Source of the DNA: Candidatus Hodarchaeota archaeon
GTDB lineage: Archaea; Asgardarchaeota; Heimdallarchaeia; Hodarchaeales; Hodarchaeaceae
Direction: 5' to 3'
Length of the DNA stretch: 17,280 bases
NCBI GenBank assembly: GCA_029856365.1
Contig: JAHQWW010000078.1
Coordinates: forward strand, 1-17,280
In this document: in pieces, positions 7,201-16,473 of the stretch
How the letters are laid out: each line of letters starts with the position of its first letter
Numbering within the stretch: position 1 is the stretch's first letter
Position numbers and translations under genes: made by a program
Notes under the pieces: model-generated
The model's database searches: none
What the model was told of the DNA's origin: nothing
What the model saw: only the letters and a program-made list of their open reading frames with translations

Positions 7201-7947
7201 CTAGGAGATATTATTGAAGAATACTAACCAATCAATATTCTTGGCGCGTTCCTCAATAAGTTTTTTGTAATATAAAAAGATTAAACCGAATAAACTCAAG
7301 GATATAATGGCAATAATCATGTAGACTTCAGCAAAGTAAATTGTTTGAATAGACATAATGATATGTAATAATCCAGAGAAACCACAGATGAATAAAAAGA
7401 GAATTGTGAGTTTTTCTAACAAAACTATGAATTCTTTTTCCTGATCATCAAAAAATTGTTTGTTAATTTGCAAATTACTAAAAATACGGACACATAAATA
7501 CAACATTAGAATTAATGAAATCAAAAATAGAGTATTATCCAATAAATTCAAAGAATAAAGCCTTTCATTAATAATAAAATTTACAATAGATAATAACAGG
7601 GTGAATCCAAAGAGAACTGGAATATACTTTTCAAAATAGTGTCTACTATTGTTAAATAAGGATAGATAAAAGAGGGAGAATTCTAAATAAAATCCATATG
7701 CAAAAACACTTCCTAACAACGTAGGGATTCTAATATCTTCACCAGGAGTAATTATAGATAATATTATATAATAGGCGGCGAGTATTATAAATAAAAAAGC
7801 TGGGTAAACCATAATCAACATAAGATGCAAGAAAGATTCCTCACGAATTTCAAACCAAAATTGAAGTAGCCTTCGTGTTGCCAATAGAAGAATAATTGCC
7901 CAGAAAAAAAACACAAGAATCATTACTATCCCTAAAAATGAAGTCAT
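7201..7947 (-). CDS. Seven-transmembrane protein of unknown function
   Basis: Seven hydrophobic stretches by eye (about aa 4-23, 39-65, 77-98, 108-126, 139-156, 180-200, 204-227) and a short charged C-terminal tail; ATGA overlap with the upstream small gene. Confidence 0.75.
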   Translation of the reverse strand: MTSFLGIVMILVFFFWAIILLLATRRLLQFWFEIREESFLHLMLIMVYPAFLFIILAAYYIILSIITPGEDIRIPTLLGSVFAYGFYLEFSLFYLSLFNNSRHYFEKYIPVLFGFTLLLSIVNFIINERLYSLNLLDNTLFLISLILMLYLCVRIFSNLQINKQFFDDQEKEFIVLLEKLTILFLFICGFSGLLHIIMSIQTIYFAEVYMIIAIISLSLFGLIFLYYKKLIEERAKNIDWLVFFNNIS

Positions 7948-8138
7948 ACTAGCTCCTCAACTCCTTCATATATCTCTTTGGCATAATTCTTTACCCAATC
8001 CTTTAATGAGTCTTGTAGCACCATAGAACACAACCTAGTTGGTTTTAATCGCAAAAATTCTGAATATTTTTTTATTTCCTCAACAGTTTCATATGGTAGA
8101 CGAATTGTTAAAGATTGAGTCCTTGTAATGAGGTTCAC
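7944..8138 (-). CDS. Small ribbon-helix-helix-like DNA-binding protein
   Basis: SLTIRLP strand followed by ETVEEIKKYSEFL and PTRLCSMVLQDSL helices, the CopG/RHH pattern; stop overlaps the 7-TM start. GTG start uncertain. Confidence 0.7.
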   Translation of the reverse strand: MNLITRTQSLTIRLPYETVEEIKKYSEFLRLKPTRLCSMVLQDSLKDWVKNYAKEIYEGVEELV

Positions 8139-8149
8139 TCTCCATAAAA

Positions 8150-8230
8150 TAAAACATCGTGTACAATGTACGCATTACACTCGTATAAATCGTCTGTACA
8201 CTGAAATTTATAAGTTAAACGTCTTGTGCT
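8150..8230. promoter_or_regulatory. Divergent promoter region with repeated TGTAC(A) motifs (putative operator)
   Basis: gtgtaca (8159-8165)/tgtacac (8195-8201) inverted repeat; third tgtac at 8168; TATA-like tttataag (~8207, +) and tataaat (~8184, reading atttata on -). Confidence 0.5.
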
Positions 8231-8295
8231 AAAATATATTCCTTAATAAGACTCAAATAACATTATTATCTTGAAATAAACTGTGTTGATAAACA

Positions 8296-9033
8296 ATGTC
8301 AGGAATTATTGATGATCATTCTGTTATCAACTTAGAAGGGATCTCAAAGAATTATAAAGTTGGAGATATTGACGTTAATGCGTTGATTGATGTAACATTT
8401 ACAATAAATCAAGGTGAACTTATTGTTATTCTAGGTCCCTCGGGCTCTGGAAAAACAACCCTTTTAAATATGATTGGTGCTATTGACATCCCTTCTAAAG
8501 GTCATGTAGAAGTTCTTGGCTATAATTTAACAAAAGCTAATCGTCATGCCCTCGCAGCATTTCGTCGGCAGCATATAGGATTTATATTTCAATTTTTCAA
8601 TCTTTTGCCCACGTTAACAGCTTTGGAAAATGTAGAATATGCTATTCTTCTTCAGAAGAAGAAAAACGCTCAGGAAAAAGCTCGGGAAGTTATAAAAGAG
8701 GTGGGATTAGATGAAAGAGTCAATCATTTTCCCAGCGAGCTATCAGGGGGAGAACAACAGCGTGTGGCTATTGCACGCGCCTTAGCGAAACAAACGGACT
8801 TGATTTTAGCAGATGAACCCACAGGAGAATTAGATTATGAAACTGGTATCCAAATACTGAAATTGTTGGTATCAGCTGCAATTAATGAGAACAAAAAGAG
8901 AACAATTCTGATTGTTACACATAATGCTGATATTGCAAAAATTGCGGATCGCGTGATTCGCCTACGAAGTGGAAAAGTAATATCTGATATCAAAAATCCA
9001 TCACCAATCGATCCAGAAGAATTACGGTGGTAG
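8296..9033 (+). CDS. ABC transporter ATP-binding protein, MacB/LolD/SalX family
   Basis: Walker [10 protein letters not shown]-loop [12 protein letters not shown], signature [15 protein letters not shown], Walker [11 protein letters not shown]-loop IVTH. Confidence 0.97.
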   Translation: MSGIIDDHSVINLEGISKNYKVGDIDVNALIDVTFTINQGELIVILGPSGSGKTTLLNMIGAIDIPSKGHVEVLGYNLTKANRHALAAFRRQHIGFIFQFFNLLPTLTALENVEYAILLQKKKNAQEKAREVIKEVGLDERVNHFPSELSGGEQQRVAIARALAKQTDLILADEPTGELDYETGIQILKLLVSAAINENKKRTILIVTHNADIAKIADRVIRLRSGKVISDIKNPSPIDPEELRW

Positions 9034-9036
9034 AAT

Positions 9037-11490
9037 ATGGTTAACAGATTATTATGGACTAGAATTACGCGCGATCTACGAAAAAGATGGATACAGGTAT
9101 GTATTGTTACAATAATATTGGGTATAGGGACAGGGGCATTTTGGGGCCTATTTTCAGGTGTACAATGGCGAATTGACAGTGTTAATCAATTTATGGATGA
9201 ATATTCTCTTGATGATGGGATTATAACCTTTCCTCAAGAATATGAAGTTAATTATTCTGACATTATTGATACTATGGCCCGTTTTCCTAGATTAAATGAG
9301 ATTAAAGCTTGGGATGTGAGGTTAAAATGTTCAATAGCATATGAATTCAATAGTTCGGACGGTCTTCTTGTAATTAGAGGGTATATGTACGGACTTCAGG
9401 CAAAATCTTTCAGTGTAAGTGAAGTAGATCGATTAGCACTGGATGAGGGCAGATTTTTAACTGTTAATGATATTAATAAATCACGTATTTTACTAGAAAG
9501 CACTTTTTGTCAAGCTTACTCTCTTCAACATCTTGATAATCTAAACATTAGATTCCCAAGTTTAATACAAAAAGTAAAACTTAAAGGAACGGTTATATCG
9601 CCTGAGTGGGTAATACTTTTCGATCCAGAAAGTACTGCTTTTTCTGCAAGTGTTCAATTTGGAATAGGTTATACCTTGTTACAAGACCTTCAAGCATGGT
9701 CTGGGTTAGAGGACTCGATTAATGAAATTGTTTTTTGCGTTAAACAGTCTATGAAAGATGATTCAATAGGCCAATCTTTAAAACAATTTTTAGAAGAAGA
9801 AGGATATCCCTGTGGTTACCAGAGGCGAAAAGAAACTCCTCTGATAAAAACTTTAGAACAACAAAATAAAGATGATATTGATCTAATGACAGTCATCGCG
9901 TTACTAATAATTTTCATCGCATTGTTTGCATTATGGATTTCAATAAATCGAATGATAACACAACAGAGGTGTGATATTGGAATCGAGCTTTCACTCGGTA
10001 CGAACGAACGATCCATCCTCTTTTACTATATTTTCTATGGTTTGATTATCGCCTCTTTAGGAATAATTATAGGCGTAATAATAGGAAACTTCATCGGGGA
10101 AGCGACGATAGAACTATATATGGCATATATGTTAATTCCAAATTTAAAAAAGCCAATTCTCTGGGATCGATTGTTGCAAGCGATAATACTTGGCTTCTTA
10201 TGTTCTTTTCTAGCCTCTTTCTGGCCTGCCCGAAAGGGAGCAAAAATGATTCCAATTGACGCTTTAAGACAAGATCCAGCTCTAGGAGGCTCAAGCTACA
10301 AAAATCCTAAAATATTTGAAAAAATACTTACGAAAATCGTAAGCTTTTCTCTCTCATCACGCATTGCCGCACGAAATATCTTTCGTAATAGAAAACGTAC
10401 AATTGCAACAATTTTGGGAATTTCATTAAGTCTAGCTCTAGTCATTGCATATTTAGGAGCTTTTGACAGTTTTATTTTTCTTAAAGACAGTTATAGGGAA
10501 GATTTAGGAGAATGGGATATACGAGTTACTTTTAATGTTCCTGTAAACAATACATTGGTACCCTTTGTTAATGATACGCGTATTGCCGAGATTAATTATG
10601 GTTTGGCGTATTTTGCCGAAATACAAAGAAAAGATGATAATAATAACCAACTGATTGAGTTGAAAGGATATAGTGGTAATTTAATTCCACAAAAAATTGT
10701 GAATGGAACATTGAAGCAAAATATGACGAGCATTGCAATGTCAAAAAAATTAGCAAATGAATTAGGAATAGAATTAGGAGAAAAGGTTACACTTAAGCAT
10801 TTCTCTTTTGATGCAGCAATAGGTACTACAATAATCCAAACGTCATTAGAAGTAGGATTCTGGCATAATAGAGTTTCTAAACTAGAAGTATTGGTACCTT
10901 GGAAGAAAATTCAAAGTATGTTCAATCTTACTGGATCAGCAAATCAACTTCTTATAAGACTTACTTCTGATGTTAATCTCTCTAAGTTTCGTGAGTATCT
11001 CTATTCGTTTTCTTTTGTACGAAATGTTGAGTTACGTGAAGATTTAACACGTGATTTAGAGGATGTATTAGAAATGTTTCAGGGGTTAATGCAAATTATA
11101 GAGAGTTTAACTCTTTCATTATGTTTTGGATTAATTTTACTAACTGCTATGATTAATAATTCGGAACGTGAACGTGAACATGGGACAATGATGACGCTAG
11201 GAGCATCGGACATGAGTATTCTCAGAATATCTGTCTGGGAAGCGTTCTTTCTGAGTATAATTGGAATATTACTAGGTAATTTCCTTGGATGGTTGGTGCT
11301 AGAACTAATGCTTATGCCCGCTTTTCAAGCAGCTTATACTATATATGTCATTAAAACAAAAATACAACTCTCTACAATACTACTATTTAGTGTTCTTACC
11401 CTTATCATAGCTATCACTTCTCAACTTGGCATATTGCGTACTTTAAGAAAAATGGAATTATCAGAAGCAACTAAAGTACGAGATTTTTGA
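9037..11490 (+). CDS. ABC transporter permease, FtsX/MacB-like, internally duplicated (about 8 TM, two large extracytoplasmic domains)
   Basis: Two halves, each with TM - large loop - 3 TM; motifs QRCDIGIELSLG / EREHGTMMTLGAS, WPARKGAKMIPIDAL, AARNIFRNRKRT; starts 3 nt after the ATPase. Confidence 0.93.
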   Translation: MVNRLLWTRITRDLRKRWIQVCIVTIILGIGTGAFWGLFSGVQWRIDSVNQFMDEYSLDDGIITFPQEYEVNYSDIIDTMARFPRLNEIKAWDVRLKCSIAYEFNSSDGLLVIRGYMYGLQAKSFSVSEVDRLALDEGRFLTVNDINKSRILLESTFCQAYSLQHLDNLNIRFPSLIQKVKLKGTVISPEWVILFDPESTAFSASVQFGIGYTLLQDLQAWSGLEDSINEIVFCVKQSMKDDSIGQSLKQFLEEEGYPCGYQRRKETPLIKTLEQQNKDDIDLMTVIALLIIFIALFALWISINRMITQQRCDIGIELSLGTNERSILFYYIFYGLIIASLGIIIGVIIGNFIGEATIELYMAYMLIPNLKKPILWDRLLQAIILGFLCSFLASFWPARKGAKMIPIDALRQDPALGGSSYKNPKIFEKILTKIVSFSLSSRIAARNIFRNRKRTIATILGISLSLALVIAYLGAFDSFIFLKDSYREDLGEWDIRVTFNVPVNNTLVPFVNDTRIAEINYGLAYFAEIQRKDDNNNQLIELKGYSGNLIPQKIVNGTLKQNMTSIAMSKKLANELGIELGEKVTLKHFSFDAAIGTTIIQTSLEVGFWHNRVSKLEVLVPWKKIQSMFNLTGSANQLLIRLTSDVNLSKFREYLYSFSFVRNVELREDLTRDLEDVLEMFQGLMQIIESLTLSLCFGLILLTAMINNSEREREHGTMMTLGASDMSILRISVWEAFFLSIIGILLGNFLGWLVLELMLMPAFQAAYTIYVIKTKIQLSTILLFSVLTLIIAITSQLGILRTLRKMELSEATKVRDF

Positions 11491-11537
11491 TATTAAGACA
11501 AATTTTAATAGATTCATACGAAAAAGCATGTAACAAA

Positions 11538-11556
11538 TTTTTTTTCCTCTTTTTTC
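11538..11556 (+). terminator. Archaeal oligo-T terminator candidate
   Basis: T-rich run about 50 nt after the permease stop. Confidence 0.4.
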
Positions 11557-11608
11557 TGAAATAGAATAACCATAAAACAATGTAATAACCTAAAGGTCAG
11601 CGAAAAGA

Positions 11609-12790
11609 ATGAGTGTGCAGATTAATTCAATCGAATTATTTCAATTATTATTGTTTATTATTCTTTGCTTCTTCCTTTGTAGCCACAGTATATCCACAGG
11701 AATTTTTAATCAAGAACTGGACACAATCTCGGTAATTATTGATTCTGATGGTGCTCCTGATGATGTTTACGCGATTTTATATCTCTTTAAACATCCAAAA
11801 ATATCTGTTCGTGCTTTAACACTCTCATGTGGAGTAAGTTATGTTACTGAGGGGGCGCATAATTTTGTGCAATTGCTGAGTTATCTAGGATATAATGATA
11901 TATCTGTTGCTGCAGGAAAAGAAACACCTCTCCACGTGAATCACACTTTTCCCACTTCTTGGAGAGAAAGTAGTAAAGATTTCTATGGCTTAAATTTACC
12001 ATCTACTGAAAACCAAGTGTCTGATTTGAATGCTTCAGAATTAATTATTTCAATAGTTAATTCTTCCACTGAAAAAATAACAATAGTTGCTTTAGGGCCA
12101 CTTACTAACGTAGCACTAGCGATCCAATCAGATCCATCAATTATTGAAAAGATTAAATTGGTAGATATTATGGGGGGAGCCGTAAATGTGCCTGGTAATG
12201 TCGGTTACGAATCAGACATTCCTAATTATGAAGCAGAGTGGAACTTTTATGTTGATCCTCATTCAGCAGACATTGTTTTTCGTTCTGAAATTCCCATATT
12301 ACTCGTACCCTTAGATGCCACAAATCAGGTCCCAATTACAGAAGAATTTAAAGATAAATTGGGACGTGAAAAGCACACCACTGAAGCTGATATTATTCAC
12401 CAGTTTCTGACTCCTGGACTGTATTTTTGGGACATTTTAACAGCGGTCGCTCTCACTGATAGAGATATAGTCACAATACAGGAGTATCACTTAGAAGTAG
12501 TCCTTGATGAAAAAAATCGTGAAGGTGAAATAATTCCAATTGAGGAAGAGTCATTTAACGCTCAAGTTGCAATTGATGCAAATCGAACTGCTTTTGAAGT
12601 GAAATTCTTAGAGATTATAAATCCAATAACAACAACTACAGAAAAAAGCGATTCGGAGATCATCCCTCAGACAACATCAGAATTGGAATCTACAGATGAG
12701 ACGACCGCATTAGATCTATTCAATTGGATTGTGTGGTTCAGCTATGTTACGCTTATCGTTAAAAGCACTAGAAAGAATAAAGTACAATGA
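11609..12790 (+). CDS. Nucleoside hydrolase (IU_nuc_hydro fold, IAG/purine-type residues) with signal peptide and C-terminal membrane anchor
   Basis: DSDGAPDD (DxDxxxDD Ca-binding), LGPLTNVA, MGGA, GNV, AEWNFYVDP, LVPLDAT, YFWD; hydrophobic N-terminus; T/S/E-rich linker, hydrophobic helix and basic tail. Confidence 0.93.
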   Translation: MSVQINSIELFQLLLFIILCFFLCSHSISTGIFNQELDTISVIIDSDGAPDDVYAILYLFKHPKISVRALTLSCGVSYVTEGAHNFVQLLSYLGYNDISVAAGKETPLHVNHTFPTSWRESSKDFYGLNLPSTENQVSDLNASELIISIVNSSTEKITIVALGPLTNVALAIQSDPSIIEKIKLVDIMGGAVNVPGNVGYESDIPNYEAEWNFYVDPHSADIVFRSEIPILLVPLDATNQVPITEEFKDKLGREKHTTEADIIHQFLTPGLYFWDILTAVALTDRDIVTIQEYHLEVVLDEKNREGEIIPIEEESFNAQVAIDANRTAFEVKFLEIINPITTTTEKSDSEIIPQTTSELESTDETTALDLFNWIVWFSYVTLIVKSTRKNKVQ

Positions 12791-13027
12791 CCTTCTTTTG
12801 TTAAGAATATCCCATATCAGTGTTATAAATTCAAATCCTGTTGTCTTTATAATCCCAATTCCATTGATGATGATTCTGAGAATGAAGATCCTGAAACAAC
12901 TCCTTATAATCCCAATCTAACACCGATAACTTATCAATCTAGAACGGAGGATATCACTCCTAGTTACTCGTTCCCTCTCCTTTTGGTGGGAGCTGTTTTT
13001 CTTGGATTGATTCGCAGAATTATCTGA
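12791..13027 (+). pseudogene. Start-less 78-codon open frame encoding an acidic/Pro linker plus C-terminal membrane anchor (orphan gene tail or readthrough extension)
   Basis: Same frame as the nucleoside hydrolase, directly after its TGA: PSFVKNIPYQCYKFKSCCLYNPNSIDDDSENEDPETTPYNPNLTPITYQSRTEDITPSYSFPLLLVGAVFLGLIRRII-TGA. Confidence 0.65.
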
Positions 13028-13085
13028 AAATCTAAATTTAAAAGACGCGAGGAGAGGTTTATATAGATTCTATCATTTGTTTACG

Positions 13086-13859
13086 TTAAATATAATATCC
13101 TGGTCCTTGTTCTTTCTCATCTTCCCCTTGCTCCAGTACTTCCCGTGCCAAGCTTGTGATCCGGTCATTCTTTGCTTGAGCTTCTTCTATTGTCAGATCT
13201 AGATCTTTGAGTTTGAGTTGTAGTGGGTAAAGTTTGGTCAATTGTTTCAACAATGCTTTACTCGCTTTGGGGTCTGTCCCTGCTAACGTCAGTTTGCCCA
13301 GTAAGCCGAAACTTTTCAGATTTCGTTCTGCTGCGAGTGCTGATAGGACTCCTACCGCTCCTGTAACTTCTCCTCCTTTTAATAATGTCACATCGTGTTT
13401 CTCGAGCCAGTCTAGCGTTTCTTTATCGTACCCAAACCCTGCCACTTCGGGTCCTTCCTCGTGTACGCGTAAGCCACCCAGACAAATCAGTGTATCTGCC
13501 TTTAGGTCAATGACATAATCTAGCACACTGTTCAGGACTTGGATGATCCCGATATCATGTGGTTGGGCATCTCCTGTCAGGACTAACAGGTTTGGTGTTG
13601 TTTTGGTGATGGCATAAATTTCCATCCTCGCCAGTCGTCCTATACTTGTCTTACTGTCTATCTGTACGACTGGTGGAAAAAATGAGCTATAAATTCGTAC
13701 GATCTCTTCTGCTTTGAAATGATTGATCAAATAATTTGCTGCAATTTTTCCTATGAGTCCCATCCCTGGTAATCCTTGAATTACTACCGCAGGTGACTTG
13801 ATCTTCACATCTGATATTTTATGTAAGTAGGTAAACGCATTTCCATTTGGTTGACGCAA
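13086..13859 (-). CDS. PAC2-family proteasome assembly chaperone (archaeal PbaA/PbaB-like)
   Basis: QGLPGMGLIGKIAANYL, IYSSFFPP, LTGDAQP, CLGG, GAVGVL, DPKASKALL; C-terminal HbYX-type motif YYI; GAGGAG 6 nt upstream of the TTG start. Confidence 0.93.
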   Translation of the reverse strand: MRQPNGNAFTYLHKISDVKIKSPAVVIQGLPGMGLIGKIAANYLINHFKAEEIVRIYSSFFPPVVQIDSKTSIGRLARMEIYAITKTTPNLLVLTGDAQPHDIGIIQVLNSVLDYVIDLKADTLICLGGLRVHEEGPEVAGFGYDKETLDWLEKHDVTLLKGGEVTGAVGVLSALAAERNLKSFGLLGKLTLAGTDPKASKALLKQLTKLYPLQLKLKDLDLTIEEAQAKNDRITSLAREVLEQGEDEKEQGPGYYI

Positions 13860-14326
13860 TAATGACTCCTCGATTTACCATGGTTGCCTTTTATTTTATT
13901 GACTAGCTTTTCTCAAATAATAGCCTAATTATATTAGGTGAGTGATCCCTAACTATTCTGTCCTTTAATCAAACTTATTAACCTTTCAGAATGGTGTTAC
14001 GGTAATTTTCGGGGCGAATATGTTTTACTGTCTAAAACAATTAGTAATTATGGATACCTGTCAAATGGATTAATTATTTACAATTTTTCTTTTTTTTCTC
14101 TGATGATAACTAAAAATTGAATAGAAATCTAATTTCTCATAAAAATGTAATGCTAATTATGGCAAAATTCCAATGGAGAAAAATAGATGTCAATTTTGTA
14201 TTCTTAAGCCATCTTAGTTACGTATTAATCTGATGTTTCTTTCTGATTAGTTCAAGTACAATTGTTTTCTTTTATACAGTTTTACCTTAACCACGACATT
14301 AAAAGTCTACTTTTGAAGAAGATTGG

Positions 14327-15253
14327 GTGGCTATAGTAATGAAGGTAGTTTCACGTCCTTACAATATTGATGAAGATTTTACCGCTGTTATAACATTTTT
14401 ATATGAAACATTTAAGAAAACCAATTCTTATCAGAATTGGTTTCCAGATCGCTTTGAAAATAATCATGATGAGTACGCAAATGATATTAGAATTTGGGAA
14501 GAAATAGAGGAATTAATTACACCTACAGACAAAAAGATAGTTGCTGTAGCTAATCCTGAGACATCAAATGTTTATTATATCCAGATTGACCCCTCATATA
14601 GTTTTATCGAACGAGAGATAGTAAATTGGATTGAAAAACAATTTTCTGAAAAGAAGAAAGATTCTAGCAAGAAGGAGAAGTTAAGAATAAGAACAATTGA
14701 GGGAAGTTCTGCCCGAAAATTATTATTATCTGAGCTTGGTTATCAGAGGGAGGGAGAAATAGGGTGTTATATCCGAATACGTTCGAAAGATTCACCCATT
14801 CCAGATATTAAGTACCCAGAAGGATTTGAAATTAGAAATGTTAAAGGAAAATCCGATTATGACCAACTAGCTCGGTTAATACAATTAATCTTTGGTCATG
14901 GTGATTGGTTTACTGCGAAGATCTTAGAACAGATATCCCATTGTTCATTCTATAAGCAAGACCTTGATCTGGTTGCTGTTGCTCCAGATGGGACGTTTGT
15001 TTCTTTCTGTACTTTTAGAATGGATCCTTTCAGTAAAATCACCCAACTCGAACCAATGGCAACTCATCCGAACTTTAGAAAATTAGGTTTGGCTAAATTA
15101 CTAATATATGAGGGTCTTAGACGTGCTATGAAGTATGATCCCGCCTTTTTTTATATTGGTGGGGCTGCTAACACTCCTGCTGCTAATAGATTATACGATT
15201 CAGTTGGTTTTACCGAGAAATTAGCCGAAGAAACTTGGTATAAAGAAATTTAA
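14327..15253 (+). CDS. GNAT family N-acetyltransferase (tandem GNAT-like architecture)
   Basis: C-terminal acetyl-CoA motif A EPMATHPNFRKLGLAK and motif B NTPAANRLYDSVGF; degenerate N-terminal domain ending LLSELGY. Start may be ATG 14339. Confidence 0.92.
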   Translation: MAIVMKVVSRPYNIDEDFTAVITFLYETFKKTNSYQNWFPDRFENNHDEYANDIRIWEEIEELITPTDKKIVAVANPETSNVYYIQIDPSYSFIEREIVNWIEKQFSEKKKDSSKKEKLRIRTIEGSSARKLLLSELGYQREGEIGCYIRIRSKDSPIPDIKYPEGFEIRNVKGKSDYDQLARLIQLIFGHGDWFTAKILEQISHCSFYKQDLDLVAVAPDGTFVSFCTFRMDPFSKITQLEPMATHPNFRKLGLAKLLIYEGLRRAMKYDPAFFYIGGAANTPAANRLYDSVGFTEKLAEETWYKEI

Positions 15254-15491
15254 TGATACATAGAAAGTATTATCTTTCAGAATCTAATGAATCGTGGCTA
15301 TAGAGGAATATGATTAAGTATAAAACGCTTCCAGATTAATATTTATTATACTACACAAAAGCTAAGAATTATAATGTTCATAAGTTCAAATGGTCATTTA
15401 TTTTATTGTTCAATTTCTAGAATGGTTTAAATTGCAAAATATTCATAAATCCAATCAATAATCTTTAAATAAAGAAGGGAAAGACTTCCAA

Positions 15492-16394
15492 ATGGCTGAC
15501 CAACCTTTTGAATCAGAAGAAGCTATGAAAGCTTTTATCTTAGAAGCAGTGGATGAAATCTCAGAATTGTTTAAGACTCTTCAACATCCGAAGAGGCTTG
15601 AGATATTGACTTTCATGTTAAAAGAAGAAAAAGAATTTGGAACTCTCATGGAACAAACAGGATTACCAAAGAGTGCTTTAGGAAACCATCTTACTGGTCT
15701 TCTCGAAAAAAATCTAATTGAGAAATTAGACCGTGGAATTTACCGAATAACCTTAGATGGAAGAGAATTCTTATCAAATATATCGATATATTATCTGAAT
15801 GCTAAGATTAGAGAACAAGATCGGTTGGAACGTCAACAAAAAAGATACCAAGACATGATATCCCGATATACACGATATCGGTTTGATGATGCTGAAATCT
15901 TGGAATCAGAATCAAGAAAACGGAGAAAAATTGAAATGGAAGTCGAAATTAAATCACGGCCAGCATTTATAGTAATGGGAATGCAAAACCGAGGAAAAAA
16001 TGCCAAAGAATTCATTCCTGAACTCTGGAAAAGGTTCATAAAACGATATGATGAGATTAAAGAAAAGATAAAGTCAAGTACAGCATATGGTATAAGTTAT
16101 AATAAGAATAAAACGACTAAAGAATTCAGTTTTCTAGCAGGTTATGAAATCGACCCAGGGGTTGAAGTACCTGAAGGTTTCATTACCTTCACAATCCCTG
16201 AATTAACTTATGCAGTAGTTAAATGTACATTGCCTACTCTTTTTAAAGCCTGGAATTTTGCTAGCGAATGGATTGCAGAAAACGGATATAAAGATCTTAG
16301 CTGCGATTTTGGGGAATATGAAGTTTATCCCGAGGATTATGAGAATGAAGAGCGTGATCCAATGTATATATATGTACCAATTATAAAAACTTAA
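15492..16394 (+). CDS. ArsR-like winged-HTH transcriptional regulator fused to a GyrI-like effector-binding domain
   Basis: LFKTLQHPKRLEIL...LPKSALGNHLTGLLEKNLIEK...YRITLDG; coiled linker; C-terminal MEVEIKSRPAFIVMG...IPELWKRF...YEVYP...YIYVPI. Confidence 0.9.
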   Translation: MADQPFESEEAMKAFILEAVDEISELFKTLQHPKRLEILTFMLKEEKEFGTLMEQTGLPKSALGNHLTGLLEKNLIEKLDRGIYRITLDGREFLSNISIYYLNAKIREQDRLERQQKRYQDMISRYTRYRFDDAEILESESRKRRKIEMEVEIKSRPAFIVMGMQNRGKNAKEFIPELWKRFIKRYDEIKEKIKSSTAYGISYNKNKTTKEFSFLAGYEIDPGVEVPEGFITFTIPELTYAVVKCTLPTLFKAWNFASEWIAENGYKDLSCDFGEYEVYPEDYENEERDPMYIYVPIIKT

Positions 16395-16434
16395 GATGTT
16401 CTTTGTAATAGTATGTACTACTACAAATTATCTA

Positions 16435-16448
16435 TTTTTCTTTTTTTC
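16435..16448 (+). terminator. Oligo-T terminator candidate
   Basis: T-rich run about 40 nt after the regulator stop. Confidence 0.45.
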
Positions 16449-16473
16449 ACCAATCTTTCTTATTTAGAGGTGT

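Noticed and set aside
7201-7947. Microbial rhodopsin, heliorhodopsin or schizorhodopsin
   Set aside because: No DxxxK/SxxxK retinal-binding lysine within helix 7 and no RYxxW-type helix 3 motif.
12860-12900. SECIS element supporting selenocysteine at TGA 12788
   Set aside because: ATGA...GA encloses only a very short stem, far shorter than SECIS helix II, and the TGA is not at a plausible catalytic position.
165-16039. Short alternative-frame or antisense ORFs (165-416, 276-503, 2468-2716, 2617-2814, 4426-4668, 5460-5714, 9816-10016, 10091-10294, 12729-12920, 13234-13518, 15833-16039)
   Set aside because: Each overlaps a better-supported gene or open frame and shows no recognisable motif.
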